Shown here in pieces: positions 1 through 9,463 of a DNA stretch of 32,000 bases. The notes under the pieces were generated by a model that did not search any database, was not told the DNA's origin, and worked only from the letters and a program-made list of their open reading frames with translations. Source of the DNA: Candidatus Electronema halotolerans (lineage in GTDB: Bacteria; Desulfobacterota; Desulfobulbia; Desulfobulbales; Desulfobulbaceae); contig OW818675.1 of NCBI GenBank assembly GCA_942493095.1, positions 1,170,001 to 1,202,000 of the forward strand, read 5' to 3'. A program made the position numbers and the translations under genes. Position 1 is the first letter of the stretch, and every line of letters starts with the position of its first letter.

Positions 1-2
1 CC

Positions 3-290
3 ATGATCACGGTCGCGCCCATGCTCGGCATTCTCGGCACAGTCACCGGCATCATCTCGGCCTTCAGGATGCTGGGCATGAGCAGCGCGCCAGACCCGCG
101 TTTGGTCACCGGCGGCATTGCCGAGGCCCTGCTCACCACGGCTGCCGGGCTGATCATCTCGATCACCACGGTTTTTCCCTACAACTACTTCAAAAGCCGA
201 ATTGAGCATGCCATCCATTTCATGGAGAAGTACGCGACCCGCCTTGAGGTCGGCTGCCGGAAAAATCAGGCTCAGGAGCAGATGCGATGA
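3..290 (+). CDS. exbB: MotA/TolQ/ExbB proton channel family protein, C-terminal part (N-terminus probably outside window)
   Basis: Protein MITVAPMLGILGTVTGIISAFRMLG...TGGIAEALLTTAAGLIISITTVFPYNYF is the conserved ExbB/TolQ TM2-TM3 region; it is followed by an ATGA overlap with exbD. Confidence 0.88.
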   Translation: MITVAPMLGILGTVTGIISAFRMLGMSSAPDPRLVTGGIAEALLTTAAGLIISITTVFPYNYFKSRIEHAIHFMEKYATRLEVGCRKNQAQEQMR

Positions 291-721
291 AGCTGTCGAA
301 AAAGCGCATTCCCCCGGTGCGGATGGAGATGACTCCGCTCATGGACTGTGTTTTTCTTCTCCTTGTCTTTTTTGTCTATGCCATGCTGTCCATGGCCGTG
401 CATCACGGCAAGCAGGTCGATTTGCCGCAGTCGGGCAGCGCCGCCTTGGAGATGCAGGAGGCGGTCAGCATCACGATTGAGAACGCCAAGGACGGGCTGA
501 AGATTACTGTGGATGACGGCAAGCCGTGCAGCTTGGCTGAACTGGAGCAGCTCCTGCGGGAGAAGAAGGACAAGGCTAAGGCGGGCAAGGAGCCTGATCT
601 GCAAATTTTTGCCGACAAGACTGTGCCCTACCAGAATCTCTACAATGTGCTGGACAGCATCACCAAGGCTGGTCTGTCCCGCATCTCCCTCCAAGCCAAA
701 TTAGAGCGGAGCGGGCCGTGA
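287..721 (+). CDS. exbD: ExbD/TolR-family biopolymer transport protein
   Basis: N-terminal basic segment, single TM (MEMTPLMDCVFLLLVFFVYAML), then a TolR-like C-terminal domain; start overlaps the exbB stop (ATGA). Confidence 0.85.
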   Translation: MKLSKKRIPPVRMEMTPLMDCVFLLLVFFVYAMLSMAVHHGKQVDLPQSGSAALEMQEAVSITIENAKDGLKITVDDGKPCSLAELEQLLREKKDKAKAGKEPDLQIFADKTVPYQNLYNVLDSITKAGLSRISLQAKLERSGP

Positions 722-1881
722 ACGAGGCAATGCAGCGGCTGCTGCCCGCCTGGCTGCTGACCTTGGCCGTGCATGGCCTGTTTCTGAACTGGCGGCTGGA
801 ATACAAACCGATCAAACTGCCAGAGCCGGAGAAAATCTCCGTGACCCTGCGGCAGCCTCCTCCTCCCCCGCCGCCGCAGCAGAAAATCACCAAGAAGCTG
901 CCGCCGCCGCCGGAGTTGCAGCCGGTCGAACGGCAGCCGCTGGAGACCCTGCCGCCGCCGCAGCAAAAAATTCTCAAACCGGTTCGCAAGATACCGGCAG
1001 TCAGGCCAGTGCAGCGCAAGCCTTTGGCCAAGCTGCCGCCGCCGCAACGACGGATTGCCCGCCGCCTGCCGCCGCCGATGGCGGCTCCTGCTGCGCCGAA
1101 CTTGCAGCCTTTAGCGACCCTGCCGCCAGCGCAGCGAAAAATCTCCCGCCAACTGCCTAAACTGCCTGTTGAAGCTCTGGCGACGCAACCGCTGCCCATG
1201 CCGTTGCCAACCCTGCCCCCGGGACCGGAGCCTGTCTGGGAGGAGGTTGTGGAAGAGGCTGTGCCGGAAGAGGTTGTTGAGGAACAGTTGTACGAGGAGG
1301 TCATTCCAGAGAATGTGATTGTTGAGGAAATTCAGCCGCAGCAGGAAGTCTTTGAAGAGGTTGTCTGGGAAGAGCCGGTTGCGCCGCCGACCAGACAGCG
1401 GCGTGCGCGGCAGATTGTTGAGGAAATTCAGCCGCAGCGGCAAGTCTGGGAGGAGCCGGTCAGGCAGGTCAGACGGCAGCCGACCCAGATGCCGCGCCGC
1501 GCCAGAACGCGGTCGGCAAATTATGCGCCGCAGCCGAGCCGGTCAAGCAGCAGCAGAAATTATGAGCAGCGGGCGGCATCCTCTTCCTCTTCTTACGGCT
1601 CAGGCGACAGGGAGGCTGCGCCGCGCTATGACATCAACCCGCGCCCGTCATATCCGATTCAGGCCCGGCGGCGCGGCTTGCAGGGCACGGTCATGCTTAA
1701 AGTGTTAGTTGATGCCAGCGGCAGTGTGGCTGATGTCCGCCTCGCAGGCAGCAGCGGCCACGGCATTCTTGACCGGGCGGCAATGAACTCGGTGCGCAGC
1801 TGGAGTTTCACGCCTGGCACGTCCGGCGGACGGCCACAGCAGATGTGGGTCATGGTGCCGGTGCGCTTTGCCCTGAATTGA
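718..1881 (+). CDS. TonB-family energy transducer with long Pro-rich and Glu/Arg-rich linker
   Basis: N-terminal TM, PPPPPPPQQK linker, C-terminal TonB-like domain (GLQGTVMLKVLVDASGSVADVRLAGSSGHGILDRAAMNSVRSWSFTP). GTG start overlaps the exbD stop (GTGA). Confidence 0.82.
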   Translation: MNEAMQRLLPAWLLTLAVHGLFLNWRLEYKPIKLPEPEKISVTLRQPPPPPPPQQKITKKLPPPPELQPVERQPLETLPPPQQKILKPVRKIPAVRPVQRKPLAKLPPPQRRIARRLPPPMAAPAAPNLQPLATLPPAQRKISRQLPKLPVEALATQPLPMPLPTLPPGPEPVWEEVVEEAVPEEVVEEQLYEEVIPENVIVEEIQPQQEVFEEVVWEEPVAPPTRQRRARQIVEEIQPQRQVWEEPVRQVRRQPTQMPRRARTRSANYAPQPSRSSSSRNYEQRAASSSSSYGSGDREAAPRYDINPRPSYPIQARRRGLQGTVMLKVLVDASGSVADVRLAGSSGHGILDRAAMNSVRSWSFTPGTSGGRPQQMWVMVPVRFALN

Positions 1882-2028
1882 ATCCGGCTCTCCTCCCCTT
1901 CTCCGCCTTCCTGTTTTTTTGGACGGAATGCGTTCCCGCCGCCGCCGCAAAAATCCCTCTGGAATCAGGCCGCAGTTTGCGCCTGGCAGGCCCGGTTGCG
2001 GATTTCACCGCTCCGCCGCTCTTTTTAA

Positions 2029-2057
2029 TTGACAAATGCGGGTGATGCGTTTATGTT
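2029..2057 (+). promoter_or_regulatory. Candidate sigma-70-type promoter for dsrAB
   Basis: TTGACA (2029-2034), 17-nt spacer, TATGTT (2052-2057), ~140 nt upstream of the dsrA start. Confidence 0.4.
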
Positions 2058-2196
2058 CGGCTGCTGAGAGTAAGCAATTTTACAGGCGGCAGAGAGCTGG
2101 TCTGATCCGGCTCCTGCGCGCCTGATAAGTTTACAGCGGTTACGGTTTTGATTTTATTTAATATCATTCCACTTTAAGAGCAAGGAGGAAGACCCG

Positions 2197-3477
2197 ATGG
2201 CAAAGCACGCTACGCCTTTGTTGGACGAACTGGAGAAAGGCCCGTGGCCAAGTTTCGTCAGTGACATGAAGCGCCAAGCTGAGACCCACCCGGAATGCTG
2301 GGACATACTCGGCCAGCTGGAGCTTTCCTACAAGGACAAAATCACCCATTGGAAGCACGGCGGCATTGTCGGCGTGTTCGGTTACGGCGGCGGCATTGTC
2401 GGACGTTATTCTGACGTGCCCAAGCAGTTCCCCGGTGTTGAGCATTTTCACACCGTCCGCATCGCCCAGCCTTCGGGTCTGTACTACTCGACCAAGAACC
2501 TGCGCGCTCTGATGGACCTGTGGGACAAGTATGGTTCCGGCATGACCAACATGCACGGCTCCACCGGCGACATGATTTTCCTCGGCACCCGGACCGAGAA
2601 TCTGGAGCCGCTGTTCTGGGATCTGACCCATGATCTGGATCAGGATCTGGGCGGTTCCGGCTCCAACCTGCGCACCCCGTCCTGCTGCTTGGGCGAGTCG
2701 CGCTGCGAGTGGTCCTGCTACGACACCCAGGATGTCTGCTACCACCTGACCATGCACTATCAGGACGAAATCCATCGTCCTGCCTTCCCTTACAAGTTCA
2801 AGTTCAAATTCTCCGGCTGCCCGAATGACTGCGTGGCCGCCATTGCCCGTTCTGACTTTGCTCTGATCGGCACATGGAAAGATGACATCCGCATTGATCA
2901 GGCGGCAGTCAAGGAGTACATTGCAGGCAATTATCCTTCCAACGGCGGCGCACATGCTGGCCGCGACTGGGGCCCGTTCGACATTCAGAAAGAGGTCATT
3001 GATCTCTGCCCGACTGGCTGCATGTGGATGGAAGGCGGTGAGCTGAAAATCGACAACAGCGAATGCACCCGCTGCATGCACTGCATCAATGTCCTGCCCC
3101 GCGCTTTGAAACCGGGCAAAGAAAAGGGCGCGACCATCTGCGTCGGCGCCAAAGCTCCGATTCTGGACGGCGCGCAGTTCGCCACCATGGTCATTCCGTT
3201 CATCGAAGTCTCCAAAGAGAACGAGTACGAAAATCTGATCGACGTGATCGAGCAGATTTGGGACTGGTGGATGGAAGTGGGCAAGAACCGCGAGCGCGTC
3301 GGCGAGACCATGCAGCGCATTGGTCTGCCCAACTTCCTGCGCGTGATGGAGGTTGAGGCTCTGCCGCAGCATGTGAAGGAGCCGCGTTCTAACCCCTATG
3401 TCTTCTGGAAAGAGGAAGAAGTCGAGGGTGGTTGGGAGCGCGATGTTGACGCATTCCGCAAAAAACATGCCGCCTGA
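2197..3477 (+). CDS. dsrA: Dissimilatory sulfite reductase subunit alpha
   Basis: Protein shows DsrA hallmarks: [27 protein letters not shown] and a ferredoxin-like [15 protein letters not shown]; SD-like AAGGAGG upstream. Confidence 0.98.
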   Translation: MAKHATPLLDELEKGPWPSFVSDMKRQAETHPECWDILGQLELSYKDKITHWKHGGIVGVFGYGGGIVGRYSDVPKQFPGVEHFHTVRIAQPSGLYYSTKNLRALMDLWDKYGSGMTNMHGSTGDMIFLGTRTENLEPLFWDLTHDLDQDLGGSGSNLRTPSCCLGESRCEWSCYDTQDVCYHLTMHYQDEIHRPAFPYKFKFKFSGCPNDCVAAIARSDFALIGTWKDDIRIDQAAVKEYIAGNYPSNGGAHAGRDWGPFDIQKEVIDLCPTGCMWMEGGELKIDNSECTRCMHCINVLPRALKPGKEKGATICVGAKAPILDGAQFATMVIPFIEVSKENEYENLIDVIEQIWDWWMEVGKNRERVGETMQRIGLPNFLRVMEVEALPQHVKEPRSNPYVFWKEEEVEGGWERDVDAFRKKHAA

Positions 3478-3536
3478 TGGCCGTTGTCCGGTTAAGCCTG
3501 AATTTGAACTATACAACCATATAAGGAGACTTCACA

Positions 3537-4676
3537 ATGGGTTACGATCCAAATAATCCGATGGAAGGCCGGATCACCGACTTGGGGCCGCGCTCGTACA
3601 CCGAAATGCTGCCGCCGGTCATTGCGGCCAACAAGGGCAAATGGGACTACCATGAGATTGTCAAGCCGGGTGTCCTGCTCCATGTGAGCGAGAGCGGAGC
3701 GGAGTGCTACACAGTCCGCGTTGGCTCCCCGCGTCTGGTGTCAATTGAGTATGTCCGCGAAATCTGTGACATTGCTGACAAGCACTGCGAGGGCTACCTG
3801 CGTTTCACCACCCGCAACAACGTCGAGTTCATGGTGGACAGCAAGGCCAAGTGCGATGCCCTGATCGAGGACCTCAAGACCAAGAGCAGCAAGTTCCCGA
3901 TTGGCGGCACCGGCGCTTCTGTGACCAACATTGTTCACACCCAGGGCTGGGTGCATTGCCATACCCCGGCCACCGACGCTTCCGGCCCGGTCAAGGCGGT
4001 CATGGATGACCTGTTCGAGTATTTCGGCTCCATGATCCTGCCTGCGCAGGTGCGCATTGCTCTGGCCTGCTGCCTGAACATGTGCGGCGCAGTGCATGCC
4101 TCTGACATCGCCATCCTCGGCATCCACCGCAAGCCGCCGATGGTCGACCACAACCGCATCACCGGCGTGTGCGAGATTCCGCTGGCCATTGCCGCCTGTC
4201 CGCTGGGCGCGGTCAAACCAGCCAAGGCCAAAGTGGGTGATCAGGAAGTCAAGTCTGTGCAGGTCAATGCCGAGCGCTGCATGTTCTGCGGCAACTGCTA
4301 CACCATGTGCCCGGCCATGCCGCTGGCAGATCCTGATGGTGACGGCATCGCCATTCTCGTGGGCGGCAAGGTTTCCAATGCCAAGTCCGCGCCCAAGTTC
4401 TCCAAATTGGTCGTGCCCTTCCTGCCCAACACCCCGCCGCGCTGGCCGGAGACGGTTGCGGTCATCCGCAAGATCGTTGAGGTCTATGCCAAGGATGCGC
4501 GCAAGTACGAGCGCATCGGCGAGTGGGCGGAGCGCATTGGCTGGGAGAAGTTCTTTGAGAAGTGCGAAATCCCCTTCACCGACAAGTCCATTGACGACTA
4601 CCGTCTGGCTTATGATACTTGGCGGACCACCACCCAGTTCAAGTACACCAAAGCCACAGAAGCTTACACCAAGTAA
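3537..4676 (+). CDS. dsrB: Dissimilatory sulfite reductase subunit beta
   Basis: [29 protein letters not shown]..., [16 protein letters not shown] and [15 protein letters not shown]; directly after dsrA. Confidence 0.98.
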   Translation: MGYDPNNPMEGRITDLGPRSYTEMLPPVIAANKGKWDYHEIVKPGVLLHVSESGAECYTVRVGSPRLVSIEYVREICDIADKHCEGYLRFTTRNNVEFMVDSKAKCDALIEDLKTKSSKFPIGGTGASVTNIVHTQGWVHCHTPATDASGPVKAVMDDLFEYFGSMILPAQVRIALACCLNMCGAVHASDIAILGIHRKPPMVDHNRITGVCEIPLAIAACPLGAVKPAKAKVGDQEVKSVQVNAERCMFCGNCYTMCPAMPLADPDGDGIAILVGGKVSNAKSAPKFSKLVVPFLPNTPPRWPETVAVIRKIVEVYAKDARKYERIGEWAERIGWEKFFEKCEIPFTDKSIDDYRLAYDTWRTTTQFKYTKATEAYTK

Positions 4677-4688
4677 GATTTCTGCGCA

Positions 4689-4716
4689 CAGCCGACTGGA
4701 CTTTTCCAGTCGGCTG
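4689..4716 (+). terminator. Strong hairpin between dsrB and dsrD (terminator/attenuator or processing-stabilising element)
   Basis: CAGCCGACTGGA-CTTT-TCCAGTCGGCTG, perfect 12-bp stem, 4-nt loop, followed by TTT. Confidence 0.65.
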
Positions 4717-4749
4717 TTTCAGATAAAACTCTGCCAATGAGGAAGAATT

Positions 4750-4995
4750 ATGGCAATGAGTGTTGAAGAAGTCGAGGCGGCCATTATTGCCAAAGCGACA
4801 AAATCGCCCAAGCCGCAGCTTTACATCAAGGATTTCTACGCCTGTGATCCTGAGCGCAAGCCAAGGGATATCAAGAAGATCGCTAATAATCTGGTCAACA
4901 AGGGCGAGCTGATGTTCTGGTCTTCCGGTTCCACCACCATGTATGCCCGGCCTGACCGGATCAAGAATGAAGAAGGTGCTGAAGGAGTCAACTGA
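4750..4995 (+). CDS. dsrD: DsrD family protein
   Basis: 81-aa protein with the conserved KPQLYIKDFYACDPERKPRDIKKIANNLVNKGELMFWSSGSTTMY segment; located after dsrAB. Confidence 0.95.
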   Translation: MAMSVEEVEAAIIAKATKSPKPQLYIKDFYACDPERKPRDIKKIANNLVNKGELMFWSSGSTTMYARPDRIKNEEGAEGVN

Positions 4996-5029
4996 GTACA
5001 ACACCTTTTGTCAGCAGTCCTGATCCAGC

Positions 5030-5060
5030 AAAGCGGGAGCCGCAAGGTTTCCGCTTTTTC
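5030..5060 (+). terminator. Candidate Rho-independent terminator downstream of dsrD
   Basis: AAAGCGG...CCGCTTT stem followed by a short T tract. Confidence 0.45.
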
Positions 5061-5077
5061 ATGTCCATGACCAACAG

Positions 5078-6130
5078 ATGAAGCAGAAAATTCTGCAAAC
5101 CGCATCTTCCGTGATGATTGTCCTGCTGCTCTCTTTCTTGGCAGGAGAGACAACAGTGCGCATCTTTCATTTTTTTCATCCGCTGTTCATTTTCTATGAT
5201 GATTCGTATAACCGGTTTCGCGGCAAGCCATTTGCCCCGGATTTTGATTTCAAACTGAATTCGCTTGGTTTCAAAGATACAGAATTTTCCCAGCAAAAGC
5301 ACAGCAGGTTCCGTATTGCAGCCATAGGCGACTCTTTTTCCTACGGCGTTGTTCCGTACAAAAACAATTATCTGACCCTGCTTGAATCCCAGCTCAAAGG
5401 CCAAGGCCTTGATGCTGAAGTCTGCAATTTGGGCATTCCCAGCACTGGGCCAAAAGACTATCTTGCCGTCCTTGAGCAGGAAGGTCTGCGGCTTCACCCG
5501 GACATGGTCCTGCTTTCATTTTTTATTGGCAATGATTTTCCTGAGAGTGGCAGAAAGAAGAAATGGCATGAATATTCCTACTTTGCTTCACTGCTTCGTT
5601 ATCTCTTGGCGGTCAGACCTAAATACGAAGGCCAGATTGTGCATGGAGCAGGCACCTATTGTGATGACTGTCCCAGCTTTGCTGCCAGCACGTACTTGGA
5701 TATTGAAAAAACACGGAGCAGCATTTACTTGACAGATAATGTCGAGTTTCCTGCCCTGCTTGCCAAGGCTCTCGATTATCTGGCCCAAATTCAGGATATT
5801 TGCGCAGAAAAAAATATTGCCCTGTCCGTGGTGCTCATTCCTGACGAAGTGCAAATCAATGCCAAGCTGCAAGAGCAGGTGCGGACGCAGTTTGCCACAG
5901 GAAAAAGCGGCTGGAACATCCTCCTGCCAAATCAGCAGCTTCAGGCCGGACTCAAGAAGATGCGCATTGATTTCCTTGATCTCTATCCTGCTTTTGCGGA
6001 GCAGGCCAAGACGAAACAGCTCTACAGACCACGCGACACGCATTGGAACATTGCCGGAAATCAGCTTGCCGCTGACCTGCTCCAGCAGCATCTTCATTCC
6101 ATACTGACTTTTCTGCCTAAAAATATATAG
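5078..6130 (+). CDS. SGNH/GDSL-type hydrolase family protein with N-terminal membrane/signal segment
   Basis: GDSFSYG block, FFIGND block and catalytic-like DTHWN near the C-terminus; hydrophobic N-terminus. Confidence 0.75.
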   Translation: MKQKILQTASSVMIVLLLSFLAGETTVRIFHFFHPLFIFYDDSYNRFRGKPFAPDFDFKLNSLGFKDTEFSQQKHSRFRIAAIGDSFSYGVVPYKNNYLTLLESQLKGQGLDAEVCNLGIPSTGPKDYLAVLEQEGLRLHPDMVLLSFFIGNDFPESGRKKKWHEYSYFASLLRYLLAVRPKYEGQIVHGAGTYCDDCPSFAASTYLDIEKTRSSIYLTDNVEFPALLAKALDYLAQIQDICAEKNIALSVVLIPDEVQINAKLQEQVRTQFATGKSGWNILLPNQQLQAGLKKMRIDFLDLYPAFAEQAKTKQLYRPRDTHWNIAGNQLAADLLQQHLHSILTFLPKNI

Positions 6131-6202
6131 ATGTCAGGCCGCTGATCAACAATGTCGAACATAAACAGCCTGATTTGCCATCATAACCGTCGGTCTGAAC
6201 TG

Positions 6203-6241
6203 TTGACAGCATTTTGCCTCGTATGTATAATGTAATTACAT
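6203..6241 (+). promoter_or_regulatory. Consensus sigma-70 promoter plus palindromic operator of the mazEF-like pair
   Basis: TTGACA (6203-6208), 17-bp spacer, TATAAT (6226-6231); perfect palindrome ATGTAATTACAT (6230-6241) abuts the -10. Confidence 0.75.
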
Positions 6242-6262
6242 AAACTGAGACAAGAGGTTGAT

Positions 6263-6517
6263 ATGGCTACATTGATCAGAATAGGAAATTCCCAAGGAGT
6301 GCGGATACCCAAGACGCTTGTCGAACAGGCTAGGCTGCGGGACAGCGAACTGGTCTTCAAAGTGCTTGCAGAGGGGCTGCTGATCCAGCCGGTCAGAAAA
6401 GCCAGACAAGGCTGGAAGGAGCAGTTTGAGCAGGCCCTGCAAGATCGAGAACATTGTGAGCTTGATCAGGAATGGCTGGATGCTCCTCTGGTTTCAGAGG
6501 AGGAATGGGACTGGTGA
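6263..6517 (+). CDS. MazE/AbrB-family antitoxin
   Basis: MATLIRIGNSQGVRIPKTLVEQARL is the SpoVT/AbrB MazE fold signature; adjacent MazF-like toxin. Confidence 0.85.
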   Translation: MATLIRIGNSQGVRIPKTLVEQARLRDSELVFKVLAEGLLIQPVRKARQGWKEQFEQALQDREHCELDQEWLDAPLVSEEEWDW

Positions 6518-6840
6518 AGCCGGAAATCCATCGATTTGAAATATGGCTGGTCCAGCTCGATCCGACCAAAGGTTCAGAAATCAAGAAAACCAGACCTTGT
6601 GTTGTCATTGCACCAGATGAAATGTCTGTTCTGCATACAGTCATTGTTGCGCCCATGACTTCCAAGGGTTTTGCTTTTCCAAGCAGAGTGCAATGCGTAT
6701 TTCAGGGGAAAAAAGGTCTGATCCTGCTTGACCAGATCAGGACGGTTGACAAGGCACGGCTGATGCAAAAGCTGGGCTTGCTTTCCAAAACCACACAGGT
6801 GAAATTGACCAACTGCTTGCAGGAAATTTTTGCATTTTAA
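6514..6840 (+). CDS. MazF/PemK-family toxin (endoribonuclease)
   Basis: [43 protein letters not shown] and [13 protein letters not shown] motifs. GTG start at 6514 overlaps the antitoxin stop (GTGA); the ORF track start (6472) is probably too early. Confidence 0.87.
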   Translation: MKPEIHRFEIWLVQLDPTKGSEIKKTRPCVVIAPDEMSVLHTVIVAPMTSKGFAFPSRVQCVFQGKKGLILLDQIRTVDKARLMQKLGLLSKTTQVKLTNCLQEIFAF

Positions 6841-6875
6841 AAGACAACAAGCTACTATTACAGGAACGAAAAGCA

Positions 6876-7340
6876 ATGGCGAATTTCATTGAAGGCAATC
6901 TGCACGGACAGGGATGTAAAATCGGCATCGTTGTTTCCCGCTTCAACTCCTTCATTTCCGAAAAACTGCTGGAAGGGGCACTGGACATTCTGGTGCGCTC
7001 CGGGGTCAAGGATGAGGACATTGACGTGGCGCGGGTGCCGGGCGCGTTTGAAATCCCTTTAGTCACCCAGAAGATGGCCCGGTCCAAAAAATACGACGCA
7101 GTCATCTGTCTGGGCGTGGTCATCCGGGGCGCGACGCCGCATTTTGATTTTGTCGCCAATGAGGTTGCCAAGGGCAGTGCCCAGGTCATGCTCGACAGCG
7201 GCATTCCGGTGCTCTTCGGGGTGCTAACCACGGAATCCATTGAGCAGGCGATTGAGCGGGCCGGCAGCAAGGCAGGCAACAAGGGCGCGGATGTGGCGGT
7301 TGCGGCCTTGGAAATGATCAGCCTTATCAATCAGCTCTAA
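6876..7340 (+). CDS. ribH: 6,7-dimethyl-8-ribityllumazine synthase
   Basis: [46 protein letters not shown] and [23 protein letters not shown] motifs. Confidence 0.96.
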   Translation: MANFIEGNLHGQGCKIGIVVSRFNSFISEKLLEGALDILVRSGVKDEDIDVARVPGAFEIPLVTQKMARSKKYDAVICLGVVIRGATPHFDFVANEVAKGSAQVMLDSGIPVLFGVLTTESIEQAIERAGSKAGNKGADVAVAALEMISLINQL

Positions 7341-7341
7341 G

Positions 7342-7758
7342 ATGGGTCTGCGAAGAAAGTCACGGGAGCTGGCTCTCCAGTTCCTCTATGGGCAGGATGT
7401 GCAAAAGGATTTTTGCAGCCAGGAACGCCTTGCAGAGAAGCTGGATGAATTCTGCGCCAGTTTTCAGGCAGACGGCAAATCCCTGCCCTATGCCCGCCAG
7501 CTCATCAGCGGCTTATGCGCGCATTGGCAGGAGATCGACAGCGCGCTGGCCCGCTGCTCGCACAACTGGCGGATCGAGCGGATGGCGGCAGTGGATCGGA
7601 ACATACTCCGCATTGCCGCTTACGAGATGCTGCATGAGGAAGATGTTCCGCCCACAGTGGCCATCAACGAGGCGTTGGAGATCGCCAAACGCTATGCCGA
7701 GCTGGAGGCCATCAGCTTCATCAACGGCATTCTTGACGGACTGCAAGACAGGAGCTGA
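7342..7758 (+). CDS. nusB: Transcription antitermination factor NusB
   Basis: RRKSRELALQFLYGQD, W.IERMAAVDRNILRIAAYEML and NEALEIAKRYAELEAISFINGILDGL; directly follows ribH. Confidence 0.94.
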   Translation: MGLRRKSRELALQFLYGQDVQKDFCSQERLAEKLDEFCASFQADGKSLPYARQLISGLCAHWQEIDSALARCSHNWRIERMAAVDRNILRIAAYEMLHEEDVPPTVAINEALEIAKRYAELEAISFINGILDGLQDRS

Positions 7759-7881
7759 CCTCCCGGCTGCGGAAGGAACTTGCTGTCTCTGCGGCAGAGC
7801 GGTACAATGCAGTTTTCATGCCAGCAGACAGTGATCTGCGGGTTGTTCTTCACGCCAATCTCAAGCATTGCCTCTGAAGCC

Positions 7882-8535
7882 ATGTCCTCTCAGCAGGAAA
7901 TTCATTTTGACGAGATCATCAGCCGCTACCGGGCTGATCCCTATCATTATCAGGATGTGCATGCCGTCCATACCGGCACCATACGTTTTTTAACCAGACA
8001 GGACAGTCCGGTGGAGGGCATTTCCGGTGAATGGCAGCACAAGCCCGGCACCTCGCTCTATGCGATTGAGCGGGAGCGCAACACCAAGGTGATCACCGCC
8101 AAAATCAACGGCACTGTGGCTTCGCTCTGCCAGGAGCTGGACGGACAGTTTGTCGAGGCTGGGGAAAAGCTGCTCACCCTCCGGCATCCCCTGAAAAAGA
8201 AAGAGATTATTGAGGCCATTCTTCAGGAGGTGCTCTTTCTCTTCCGGGCGCCGGAACGGGCGCGCTATTATTTCGCCTTGGACATTCAGACGCGCATCGA
8301 CCAGAAAGGGGCGCGCTCGGTGTTCATCAAGCCGGGCGATGAAATCATCACCATGTCCCTGATGAAGCGCGACACGTCAGTCTATTACAGCGGCGAGGCA
8401 GGCCTGCTTCATTCGGTCTATTTCAAGCCGGGCGACAGCGTCAGTCAAGGTGCGCCGCTGATCGGCATCTGCCCGGAGGAAAAGTTCCCGCTGGTGCAGA
8501 AGGTGATCACCAGAGTGAAGGCTGAGTGGGAATAG
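7882..8535 (+). CDS. Putative biotinyl/lipoyl-like domain protein, possibly two domain copies
   Basis: Start MSSQQEIHFDEIISRY at 7882. Segments KVITAKINGTVASLCQELDGQFVEAGEKLLTLRHP and IITMSLMKRDTSVYYSGEAGLLHSVYFKPGDSVSQGAPLIGI resemble hammerhead domains; followed by a biotin-ligase-like gene. Confidence 0.6.
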   Translation: MSSQQEIHFDEIISRYRADPYHYQDVHAVHTGTIRFLTRQDSPVEGISGEWQHKPGTSLYAIERERNTKVITAKINGTVASLCQELDGQFVEAGEKLLTLRHPLKKKEIIEAILQEVLFLFRAPERARYYFALDIQTRIDQKGARSVFIKPGDEIITMSLMKRDTSVYYSGEAGLLHSVYFKPGDSVSQGAPLIGICPEEKFPLVQKVITRVKAEWE

Positions 8536-8545
8536 CTGCACGGTC

Positions 8546-9457
8546 TTGTCCTCGTTTCAAGAACAGGCACTGCGGCACCGCGAAGAGCATCTGACCAAGC
8601 TGGACACAGCCCCCTTCCCTGCTGAGATTGCCACGAAAATTCGCCGTTATGGCGCGCCAATGGGCGCAGTGCTCGAACATCATGCCTGCTTGGACCGCTG
8701 CATGAACCGGCTCCAGCAGCTCATGGCAGAGGCGGAAGGCAGGGGCGGCGTGCTGGCTGCGGGCACAACCGTGCTGGCGGACCGGCTCAGTCAGTCGCAA
8801 GGCCGTTTTGCCCGCCACTGGCACGCTCCGCCCGGCGGCCTCTGGCTGACAGTTGCCTGGCCGGATATCCTCTTGCCGGAGTTCAGCCGTTTGCTGCCCT
8901 TTGCCGCCGGACTGGCCTGCTGCCGCACCGTGCGCCTTTACGGTCTGGATGCCCGTCTCAAGTGGGTCAATGATCTGCTGATCAACGGGCGAAAAATCGC
9001 GGGCATCCTCTGCACCAGCGTGGTTCGGCCCAGCCACGAGCGGTATCATCTGCTTGGCATTGGCCTCAATGCCAACAATCAAGACTTTCCTCACGACTTG
9101 CAGGGCAGAGCTGTCAGCATGGCTGATGCGCTCGGACAGCCAGTTGATTTGGCCGAATTGGCAGGCAGACTGCTGGCCGAGTTGGGCTGGGCAGTGGGGC
9201 TGCTTCATTATGATGAGGAGCTGGCCCTGCACGGGAGAACTTCCTGCGAGGAAGGCTATGCCCCGCTGCTGCTGGCGGCGTGGCGGCAGTTGAGCGACAC
9301 AACGAGCCGCCGGATTGTCTATGGCTTTGATGTCCAGCAGCAGCCGCTCTGCCAAGCAACGGCAGTAGATATTGACTCCTGCGGCGGCCTGATCATGGAA
9401 CTGGAAGACGGCAGCCGAACAGTGGAATATTCTGGGGAAATAGTCTATCTGAGCTGA
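8546..9457 (+). CDS. Biotin--protein ligase (BirA/LplA-fold) family protein, no N-terminal HTH
   Basis: GRFARHWHAPPGGLWLTVAW, LKWVNDLLINGRKIAGIL and GIGLNANN motifs; TTG start candidate. Confidence 0.75.
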   Translation: MSSFQEQALRHREEHLTKLDTAPFPAEIATKIRRYGAPMGAVLEHHACLDRCMNRLQQLMAEAEGRGGVLAAGTTVLADRLSQSQGRFARHWHAPPGGLWLTVAWPDILLPEFSRLLPFAAGLACCRTVRLYGLDARLKWVNDLLINGRKIAGILCTSVVRPSHERYHLLGIGLNANNQDFPHDLQGRAVSMADALGQPVDLAELAGRLLAELGWAVGLLHYDEELALHGRTSCEEGYAPLLLAAWRQLSDTTSRRIVYGFDVQQQPLCQATAVDIDSCGGLIMELEDGSRTVEYSGEIVYLS

Positions 9458-9463
9458 ACCGCT

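Noticed and set aside
660-1304. Gly/Cys-rich minus-strand ORF (GGGGGGGCRRV)
   Set aside because: Complement of the poly-proline linker in the tonB-like gene; a composition artefact.
2164-3516. 450-aa minus-strand ORF
   Set aside because: Antisense to dsrA, which is unambiguous; no recognisable motifs.
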